Source of the DNA: Amphiscolops sp. MND2022
Lineage: Eukaryota
Assembly: GCA_964187785.1 (NCBI GenBank)
Contig: OZ076409.1
Location: forward strand, 26,972,001-27,036,000
Length of the DNA: 64,000 bases
Direction of reading: 5' to 3'
A program made the position numbers and the translations under genes. Of the stretch, positions 14,059-24,016 are shown piece by piece (within the stretch, counting starts at the first letter, position 1; the number at the start of each line of letters is the position of its first letter). A model generated the notes under the pieces. That model saw only the letters and a list, made by a program, of their open reading frames with translations, searched no databases and had not been told where the DNA came from.

Positions 14059-15718
14059 ATGGCCACCGCAAAAATTAGAGTACCTCCCAACACTCTGGAG
14101 TGTCCCATTTGTCTGGAAACGGTGGTAGACCCTAGAATCTTACCATGTGGTCACAGTTTGTGCGGTCCAAGATCTTTGAACAATTGTCTATTCAAGTTAG
14201 AAGAAAACTTTGGTCCCATTAAATGTCCTTCTTGCCAGATAACCCATTCCGTTCAAGCAGCAGATGTGCCAACTAACTTCTCACTGCGAGATATGCTGGA
14301 ATCTGTGGAGCCGATGAAAGAAACGAAAGTTTGCAAAGTACACGGGAAAGAAATTGTTGCGGTTTGCAAAACGGATGGTGATAAAATTTGCATGTGTTAA
14401 AAATCATGCTGGGCATGATATTTGGGATATAGAAGAGGAAGAGTTTGAGACACTTTCATTCTTCTGGAAAACTCAAAGCGGTAAACTCGATGATATGATC
14501 ACAAAGTACGGGCACTGCAAAGACGCTATTAAAGATTCCATCAACTACTTGGAGCAAACCTACTTGAAAATTGACTCAATACAAGCTAAACTGACCCAAG
14601 TTGCGTCCAAAAAAGACAACATATCGCGCAAGTTAGTCGAAGGCAAGTTCAATCCAAAAGATGAAGATATTGTACTTCTTAAAGAGTTTTTAGAACTCAA
14701 AGAATCACTTCAGATCAGTGTCGACAAAGTTTCACACTTCGGCAAGTCGGTAGCAACATGTCTGGAAGATTTATATTTGGTGGGATCTACTGAATTGATA
14801 GATAAAGCTAATTCGCCCATCCAGAAATATGGCAAACAAACTACTGTGTTAGCTCTCGGAATTTTTGGTGGCGAGACGATAGTTGGAAACCAAGATGAGT
14901 TGACCAGAAAATGGAACAATGAAAAGCCATTCTCGGATTTTGGCTCCGGTTTCCAAGCAGTGTGCTATGAGAAGAAGTTGTACGTGATTGGCGGAAGGAA
15001 GAAACGTTGTTGGCAACCAGTTAAGTCTGTTCATGTTTTCTCTATACCAAATAATAAATTGACCCAAGGTCCATCTTTGAATATGGATCGATCAGATATG
15101 ACTTCTTGTTTCCATGATAGCTCTAGGTCTATATTTGTGATTGGCGGCAACTGTTTTAATCGTAACTATCTTGAAACAATCGAGAGGTTAGTTTTGAATG
15201 ACGAAGGGGATGTTGTGGGTGAATGGGAGATGATTACACCGATGCCTGTGGAAGCAACAGGTAGCGCAGCTGCTGTGCTGGGAGATTGTCTCTATGTGTG
15301 CGGAGGTACAAATAAAAGTGGCCGAATGGATTTAGTTCAAATTTTCAACGTCCCCACCGGAACATGGAAGCTAGGTTCCCCCATGAAAAATCGCAGATAC
15401 GGTCATTCAGCTACTACAGTTGGCAACAAAGTATATGTCATGGGGGGCTCACTAACAAAGTTCATGTCATCTCTTTCTGGTTCGTGCGAAGTATATGATC
15501 CAGCATTGAATGTTTGGTCATCGATATCTTCAATGCCAATCCCTAAATATTGTTTTGGAGCAGCCGTTTTAAACGACCAAATTTACATTGTGGGTGGTTA
15601 TGGCGACAGCACCAAAGCACATCGATTCGTTCATGTATACGACACACAAACAAACAAATGGTCCACCGGAGCACAAAGAAAGTCTGTCGACGGATTCACA
15701 GTTTGCGTCAGTTGGTAA
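14059..15718 (+). CDS. Intronless TRIM-like protein (RING, B-box 2, coiled coil) fused to six Kelch repeats; one frameshift at ~14385-14400 (pseudogene, null allele or sequence error)
   Basis: RING: CPICLETVVDPRILPCGHSLC...C...CPSC followed by PTNFSLRDM. B-box: CKVH...CKTD...IC / ACVKNHAGH, split across two frames. Heptad-rich linker. Six GG-containing blades (GIFGG, YVIGG, FVIGG, YVCGG, YVMGG, YIVGG) with YDP/YDT..W motifs. Acceptor-like T-tract + CAG ends at 14041, upstream of the ATG. Confidence 0.9.
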
Positions 15719-16551
15719 AATCGTTTCATACCATTTATGTTGAGCGACATTTCATTCGACAAACGCCGGATTTCACTAACCCGAATGAACTGCAACAGAA
15801 CTGGAAAACAAACTGCAAATACATGAAAATGATGAACATTTTCAATCGAAAATAAACATCAACTTCAGAGCTACAGTCTCAATTCTCATGCCATTTTGCA
15901 TATATACGTGGCTGATTCAAACATAAGGATTTTCTGTGATTTTGGATACAATTTTAGTTAGAAATCTGCCTTTCTGTTAGAAAGAAAATACTTTGAAATT
16001 TCACTTGGCGATCCATCTTTTAAACTATTTTTCATACCGTTTCAAAGGCTATTTTTTGTTTTCTCAACCTTTTCTTTCAGTAGCTACAGTTGGGAAAACG
16101 TAACCTAGATATATTCCCAAAAAAAGTTTTTCGGAGTTTGCGAGTTTTTCGTAGATAGGGTTTTCGTCCAGTGCCTTTTACTCTTGACACCTATTGCTCA
16201 AAACTTCTCCCCTATCCGCAATTTCAAGCACCCAATGATTGTTGGTAGACTATTTTGATAAACCAAAACTGTGATCACAGACATTCCGTTTTTGAGGTCC
16301 ATTGTTAAATTAAAACAGTAGGTCTCGCTACTTTTGTTGAGTATTTAGCCAAATATGTCTACAAACTGAAATGCTCTTTCTATTACTTTCCGATAAAAAC
16401 AAACGAGAATCACTCAGTCGTCCATTATGATGAAAATAGATTCCGGCACTGAAGTACACTGAATACTGAATCCCTGCTCCGGTGTATTTATCCATAGACA
16501 GAAAAGTCAGAGAAATCAAAAAAATCAACGATATTAGTTGTACGAATCCAG

Positions 16552-16974
16552 CTATCCGAAAATGGCATGTGATGATGAGAAACACGTCTTGTTGCGCCTG
16601 TTAAGACTGTTTATCGGGGTAGTTTTAGGTGCAGCCGTATTAGTTTTCACAGGCGTTGACGTGCGAGCTACGGAAAGATTTTCAGTTTCAGAATCAAAAC
16701 ATTGTGTATTTTGGTGAGCAGAAGATTTTTTGGCAGATGGTACTACTAGCTCCATTATCTCCTTCTGGTTCTCAGCTAGTAACTTAGCTAGGTCAGACAT
16801 TATCTCTTTTCTTAAGGAAGTTTTTATCTCTTCTAAGTTTTCAGGTTGTATTTTGGGGGATTTACTGGGACCTGCTATTAGATTTTCAGGCTGATTGCTC
16901 TCTACTATAGAAGCTTCATACTCTCCAGAAACAAGTTCAGCTACTGCCTTTCTTTTCTGAGTTCTAGTTGTCAT
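16552..16974 (-). CDS. ORF starting inside solo LTR A (MTTRTQKRK..., basic N-terminus plus coiled coil; possibly a gag N-terminus), reading through the LTR end into flank
   Basis: Open 140-codon frame; the first ~125 codons lie inside the element boundary at 16599. Confidence 0.55.
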   Translation of the reverse strand: MTTRTQKRKAVAELVSGEYEASIVESNQPENLIAGPSKSPKIQPENLEEIKTSLRKEIMSDLAKLLAENQKEIMELVVPSAKKSSAHQNTQCFDSETENLSVARTSTPVKTNTAAPKTTPINSLNRRNKTCFSSSHAIFG

Positions 16975-18953
16975 TCTTTCAGTTGAAAATTAGAGTCTTC
17001 GGTAAAGAATGATTTCTTCGAAAAAAATTTACGTTTGAACAACGGAACAATTGAACTCTAAACAATTCTCAGGATTAACTAAGTTTACATGTTATTCCGA
17101 ACTATATATACGTTCCCAGCATCATTTGTTCCTCACCTAAAAAATCTTAGGTAACTTAAAAATCGGGTTTGTTCACAAAAAAGCGCTAATCATTCAATAT
17201 ATTTCAGTCTCGCATCATAAAATCAGGTATCAAAAATCCTTGCTATTCCGTAACATTTTGTTGAAATCATTTTGTTCTGGCAATTCCATCTCCTGTTTCA
17301 AGTCAAAAATGCGGTAAACTAAAATTCTAGCTGACAATTTCATCGCTGAAGGCACGCCGGCGTGATCAATTAGTCAATTCCCAACTTAGAAAATTAAAAA
17401 TCGGAGCAAAAGTATGACACTCAAAAATGGCGACGGGAATAGAACGGAGTTACGAATTCCGAAAATAAAGATATTCGAATACTAAAAAGATGCTGGAATA
17501 GCATTTTCCAATTTTTACCAAAAGCACAAAACATCATCATACGAGACAATACACAGATTATGATATGATAGCAAATTACTCTGTACAACTAAGTTAACGA
17601 TAACAAAACTCATTTTAAACAGAAAATATCAGTCATTCCATGGTAATACAAACTCAAATAAACACAGCGTTATTAGTATCGCATGATTAGAATTGACCAT
17701 ATAGTAAAAACTGAAAGCTCAGAAACGCACCCTCCATTATTAAAAAGATCATTGGCACGATGATTTAAGAAAAGGAGAGAGACACATTACATTCATCAAA
17801 TTTGGATAATAGCAATCTTACGATGCATTTTTGACGTAAGCGTTAAGTCATGATCCATACGTAAAATGTAATGTTTCATTATGATCATTCTGAAAACAGG
17901 TTATTTGCAACGAAAGGTGAGCATGAACTTTGCCGTTCTCAACACAGACACTCTTTGAAGTAGCACACAATCAAAAGTATTTCCATGTTCTTTCTTACAG
18001 TACAGCTCTAATACGCAAATTTTTATTCCTAAAATCCTTTAAATGCGTCAATTCAAGCAGAACTTCATTCGAATTAGTTTGAACTGTCGTTCTGTATTTG
18101 TTTTTTACAATTCTCTCCGTAGTCGCTCCGTACGTATCAAGGTTAGATAAAGCTGAGTGACGAATTTTAATTTTACAATTCGCTTCGTAGTAGCTCCGTA
18201 CGTATTATAATTAGATATAGCTGAATAGCAGTAACTGGCGGAGAGGGAGCGGAGAGCATAGGCGATTTCATTCTCTTTCCCTTAGCTAGTCGGCGTTGCT
18301 AGGGGCAACTAAGCACGATTCTATTGGTTTGAGCTCAAATAATTCACTTAAGGAACGACGCTATTGGTCAGTAGAAATAGAAACACCGGTTACTACCTTA
18401 GTTGAGTGACGCTGTCATAACGTTGTGAAAATTAGCTTAAAATACTTGACTGTACTTTATGTGAAATTTGACAACTACTTCAGTACTGGAAAACAAGTCC
18501 ACTAAACTATTTTGTATGTTCTTTTCAAATTAGATTGTATGAACTCCGTTGGGATCGCGGTGTTAAATATTATTTCCAATATTTCATTTTAGTGTGGAGA
18601 AGAAACAGATGATCCCATTTCCGAAAATATTCCTATTTTGATATTTAGATTAGTATGGAAATTTCAGAAGACGATGCCGGAAGTGGAAAATAAAGTTACG
18701 TGTGAAAACATTTCACCGGAAGTTTAAGTTAGTCTAAGATCATTTCTAAAAACATACGGTAACGTTTACGTTCGCTTTTGTGTTCGGAAAATTATCTACG
18801 AATATTTCGGCTGTACTGTAAGTAGAATTAGGTTAATTAAAAACTAATTAGAAACTAATTAATAGTACTTGTAATATTCATGGCCGCGTCCTTTGCCAAA
18901 TCCCACCACTCCAGAGCAGCATGTAAAATTGCAACCAGGAGCGGGTCGCTACA
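16599..18953 (-). mobile_element. Solo-LTR-like element A (2355 bp) with 5-bp TSD
   Basis: Termini TGT...ACA, flanked by perfect GCGCC duplications (16594-16598, 18954-18958). No internal pol. Minus-strand CCAAT boxes near 18322 and 18362, and a ~70-bp internal direct repeat at 18100-18220. Confidence 0.85.
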
Positions 18954-20503
18954 GCGCCAACTACACATTATATGAAAACCAATACACCAATTAACACTCC
19001 GAAGCTTCCTGAAAATACTGAACATCAGTAGCAGAAAAACAAACGAAATCCAGATGCACAACTTTCAACTTTTGCCAACTCCTCAAAAAAGAATAGTGAA
19101 CTGATGTCTCAAGTCATACCATTGGAACGTTCTGCGGAGAAACATCATGAAGACTGCAAAACAATCAACTTCGCCCCGCTCAAGGTGCAAACAGAGAAGA
19201 GGTTCTTTTCTAAAATTTTAAAGCATCAAAAATATTGATTTAGCGCGGGACTCAGACCCAGGTACTCTGTTTTTGAGGACTTGTCACCAGGCCTGGAAAT
19301 CCACGCTAACCTAGAGGCCAGATGACATTTGAATTGAAGTTATGGCATGGAGTTAATTGAAACAATGTAAGTTAATGAAAATGGGCATTTCACGGTGACT
19401 GACGAAAAAAACATTTTGTAAGATCGGACTAAAACGACAAAAAGAAACTACGGTGGAGTACACCGCAAAAGTCAAATACCTCCAGTGCCCTAAAAGCAGG
19501 AACGAAACGAACACACGTGTCATTACTAGTCGAGCGGCTGATTTTGACGAAAACCGAGAAGCGTTTTTAGTCAGCACCTTTTGTCTGAACAAAAATGCCT
19601 ATCTGTCAGAACGTACCGACGTCTCAACATTTCGGACATTTTGGCTGTTCTCTTCCCTACCATTGAATATCTTTTCGGCAAGGTTTCTCGCCATACTGAA
19701 TATTCCAAAGTTTGTCTACTCATATCCATGAACTTTTGCTCTATTCTATGCCCTTCTTGGTCTCGTTCCTGAGACCGCATAGCTTCTTCACTTTTTTCTG
19801 GCAGGTAATTTCATGAGTATGCTAGTGTTACCATCCTCATCACTGAATGTATTCATTTCTCATTGTTCATTTCTACTATTTCTGTTAGACTGTGATCTTT
19901 TAATTACCATGGAGGTAAGGTTTCAGTTCGAATTGTTTAACGATTCAAAGATAGTAAATATCAGATTTTACAAAGTGGATCCGATAAAAAGTGAAATTTC
20001 AAACATGATCACTACGTCTGAAAGTCACGGTTGCAATAGTTCTACTGGTTACACTCTATAGCGCAATAGCACCTTCAAAATCCCTAAATGCGCGTTAATT
20101 GAGTGCGTCTATCTGGTTGGTTGGCGGTTAAGCTGTCAATTATCACATTTTGGTGCGTTATACGACTCGTTGCCTCATTCGCTGGTAATCAGCATAAGAC
20201 CACTTTCGCACCTGTTATCGCACTGGTGTTAAATATTGATCTTCGACTTCAAAGCACTTGCTGATTAACGACTAAGGAATACAGTCGTTACCATGATTTC
20301 AAAACTTTTACATATTTCTTGGCAATAATATTCTAAATGTATAAGATGATGCAACGAATACTGACGACGACTGAAGTTTATGGTCGTTAAGATGATTTCA
20401 CTATTATTGCAAATGATGAGTAAAAATGACTGCTAAATGTACTAATCGATACACTAATACTATTCGACATTTACATGATAATAATATTCGACATTTACAC
20501 TAA

Positions 20504-20606
20504 TCGACATTTACATGCAGTTCATTATATTTCAAATCTTTATTAATGTAGTTAGTAACTACATTAATAAAGATTTGAAATATAATGAACTGCATGTAAA
20601 TGTCGA
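20504..20606. repeat. Perfect inverted repeat, 50-bp arms with a 3-nt centre (AGT)
   Basis: 20504-20553 is the exact reverse complement of 20557-20606. Confidence 0.95.
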
Positions 20607-21708
20607 ATGAATGACGACTGGATAGGTTAGTCGTTTTTTCTTTAAAATCTATCATGAAGTGCTTGTTTACATGAAACTGGGTTCAAAGCTCTTGACGACC
20701 AGGGTATGTCGTTGTTAAGTTTATTAGTGCTAATTTCTATGACATGAACTCTTACATTGACTTTTTCTCCTGCCCCAGAACTCACACTGAAATGTCCACT
20801 TTTTACAGAATTTCTCTAGGCCTTCCTACCTTTCTAGAAAGCAATATTGCGTACTTTGAAAGGGTACCATCTCTAGATCCCATATTTTTTGAAATTTTTG
20901 TCGTTACTAGACTACTCAAAATGTTTTTTGCTCATTTTTCGGCATTGTGACACATTTTTCGATGTAGTCACATAGTCATGTTTTGTTTTTTTTTCTGCAA
21001 CAAATTGGAGGATGAAAACACATATAGGGTGCACTCTTTTGCGTTTTTCGGCATGGTCAGACTTTTTTCAAAAAATTTTTAGATCCTGGGATTTGATTAG
21101 TTTTTTAAATGAATTTGGAAAAGACCTACGAGTTTTTCCGACCCTGTGCGATTTTTTGATACTATTTTCATTTGGTCAAAGGGTACCACCTTCATTTTCA
21201 TTAGATTTTCGGCCTGAAAAAAGTCTTCGTCGAGCGTGAAACTACATTTTGACCCTGTGAGACTTTTACCCGAAAAGATTTTTCCGGCACTATTTATTTT
21301 TTAAATTCAGTTATTTGATCATTCAAGTTGGGGAAAAAGGGATTTTCGAGTCTTATGCGTATCCCTTCAGGATTATTTTGGCACTGCAAATTTGATACAC
21401 TTTTCACAAATTGTACCTTTGCTTAGGCCGTTCCCGGCTTGTTTGCTGTAACCGAAACTTGCCTTACAATTGAAAAAAACGTTCGTAACATCTTTACGTT
21501 GCTTGATTGGCATTTCTTTTCGTTGACTTTTTGAATCCGTTTTCACAAGTTTTGCCTGATCGATAAACGTTCGCAACCTATTTTTTGGTTTTCCAAGTTT
21601 TATGGCAACCCGGTTGAAAGGTCGTTTCAAAGTTGAAAAGTGATTCATTTACCTTGCCGTCATGTTTTTCTTTGGTTTCAGCCATGGTTATTGGGTCAAA
21701 TTGGTTAC

Positions 21709-22275
21709 CTAACTACTCATACTGCTACATTTTTGTCGTCTCTTGATCCTGTTGTAAGGACCTAGGTCGTCTGTGTTTCTCAGATCACCAGCTGACCGAG
21801 AGTCCTTTTTTGGAAATTTAGTTTTAAACACAGGATTGTTTTTCCTATTCTCCTGTCTATTTGGGGACGAACTGGCCTCAGTGTCCCTATTTCGTGACGA
21901 AGACATCGAACTCATGATGTTTTTTATTTCAGTGATAACTCTATCAGAAACAGCCAAACATATGGCCCTGATTATTTGCGAATGCATCATGGCCATCATG
22001 GAATTCTCATTTGAGAAACTTTCCATGTAGTCTCTGGCCTCTTTTTGCCTAGGGGCGTTAATTTCATTACTAGTCTCTCTGAATTCATTTCTTGAATACA
22101 TACTAGACTCTACGTCCCCAAGTACTGATGATTCCTCAATTAGGCTTGCTATTTCCCTTTCAATAGGGTTAGACTCCACATTCCCTATCATAATGTCCAT
22201 ATTTTCAAAGTCGGACATCATGTCCATTTCCCTTGACTTTCTAGCTTTTGCTTTCTGTCTTCTAGTGGAAGGCAT
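21709..22275 (-). CDS. ORF starting inside LTR B1 (MPSTRRQKAKARKSREMDMMSDFENMD...), putative gag N-terminal extension
   Basis: 188-codon open frame, homologous to the broken ORF in element B2 (KKSRELDMLSDIENLDVILG; QIQRAISDAISNQI). Confidence 0.6.
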   Translation of the reverse strand: MPSTRRQKAKARKSREMDMMSDFENMDIMIGNVESNPIEREIASLIEESSVLGDVESSMYSRNEFRETSNEINAPRQKEARDYMESFSNENSMMAMMHSQIIRAICLAVSDRVITEIKNIMSSMSSSRNRDTEASSSPNRQENRKNNPVFKTKFPKKDSRSAGDLRNTDDLGPYNRIKRRQKCSSMSS

Positions 22276-23307
22276 AAGAGGCTTTTTTGCAAGAGGAAAG
22301 AAGTTAATTATCTTTAGCTTGCCAATTGTATATTTCTGTTATCAACTGTAATGTGGTTCACGGAGAGTTATTGTCACCGGGACTAGTAGTCCCGGGTATA
22401 TATAGTTATATTTCCATGACTTGCATAAATCAGTAGGTCATTAGCTATTTTTAGAACATAAGGTGTAAAAATAGTAATAGTAATCAGAATTCGTTACTAA
22501 AAATAGCATCATGACGTAATATCTAAATATAGTTTACATGAGAAAGCAAAATGTTTATAAGGCTTTGTGGGCCTCGTCGCCATGACATCAAACATTGTAG
22601 AGGAATGCATGTTAAATACACGTAACTTGCATGAATATTCAATGAAGAGGGGGGAGGACATCATGTCCGTTTTTGTGTACTACCGGAACTTCAGGCAACA
22701 ATTTTATGTATTTGCTATTATAAACTGCAACTTCCATCAAGCCTTAGGGACAATGTCTAAGCGTTCATTTCAGCAATTTAGTACTTTCAATTTGAAATTG
22801 GACTGGATTTTTCACAGTCGTAGTTGGACATTCTAATCAGGTGAACGGCCAAGTACGGCCTTTGAATAAAAGCTCTCACTGCACAGCAAGTTAATAAATA
22901 CTTGTCTCTGATTGGTCTAAATTCAACCGGACTAGCTCTTCAAGGCGACAGGCAAAGAAACATTTGAACACGTTTTCTTTGCCTGTACGCCTTGGTGTCC
23001 AATTACCAATAATGCATCACCGTTTACATATATGAGTATATTAGAGGAACAGCATATTAACTCAATTTCATCAATTTCATGAACTAAATGAAGGCTAATG
23101 CAACTACAAGTCCGGTTATTAGTTTCAAATTTAGCAACAATAACGAAATATTATAGCTAGATAAAAGATAAGTTTATCAGATCCATCCCTGTCCTTTTGG
23201 ACAACGAGCCCTCTTTCTTCAGTCGAGAGGGATCGTGCCAGGAAGAGTGTTATAGTGATTATATGAAATCGAGTTCCTGTTTCCATCGCAGGCGGCCGCC
23301 TTCGACA
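21753..23307 (-). mobile_element. Solo-LTR-like element B1 (~1555 bp) with internal ORF start
   Basis: TGTAAGG...CGACA termini; right end CAGGCGGCCGCCTTCGACA is homologous to 56741-56759. Flanks CCTGT/CTTAT match only 3/5; the left end could instead be 21750. Confidence 0.7.
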
Positions 23308-23393
23308 CTTATTTTTGAAACTTTTAACAAAAAAATTGAGCTAACCGTCTCAGTAACTGCCTTTTGCGGTGCATGTCTTCTTTGCTACCGGTC

Positions 23394-24016
23394 TTTTTAG
23401 TCGGCGCTTTTCTAGGGAAAAGTGCCCGACTCTTACAGTGGCTAGTTTTTTTTTCGTCAGACTACAATCTCACTCTGATTGGGCCACTTTTCTTACAATC
23501 GAAACTACTAAAACTACTAGCATAAGAGGCCAAGTCCGGTCAGCGGAAATTAGTGCAAAAGGGTCCCCCCTTTCATTTTTTACCTTTTTTACGTAACCTA
23601 CAAAACCGGAAGAGACCAAAGGGTCCCCCCTTTCAATTTTTTTTCGGCACTGTGCGAAATTTTTTTCGAAAATTTTTTAAGGTCTCAAAAGAGTCCCCCC
23701 TTCGAGTTTTTTGATATTTTGCAACAAAATGTATGTTAATAAATCCCAAAGGGTCCCCCCTTTTCATTTTTCGGCACTATGCGACCTTTTCGAAGTTTTT
23801 TCAAAAAAAACAATTTTTCAAAAAAATTTTCAAATTTTATTTTGTTCCCAGTCGTGAAACAGTGATTTTCCAGTCATATAGAGCATGAAAGGCACACTTT
23901 GGGTGTCTCCAAAGTGTTTTCAAAGCTTTTCATGAATACGTCCTGAGCATATTTAGAAAACTTTGCGCTTCTTGAGCCTTAGATATAGCGCCGACTTTAG
24001 ACGTTCCCGTCTTGTT
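23394..24016 (-). mobile_element. Complete HINE/DINE-1-like non-autonomous Helentron, family 1
   Basis: TTTTT-AGTCGGCGC ... GCGCCGACT + small hairpin + CTTGTT, with internal AAAGGGTCCCCC iterations. Confidence 0.75.

Noticed and set aside
14375..14400. Programmed -1 ribosomal frameshift in the TRIM-Kelch gene
   Set aside because: No in-frame X XXY YYZ slippery heptamer, and a simple slip would not restore the B-box Cys spacing; a deletion explains it better.
21745..23184. Alternative B1 boundaries 21750-23179 with a GATCC duplication
   Set aside because: Homology with B2 continues beyond 23179 to the shared CGACA terminus at 23307, so the match is probably chance.
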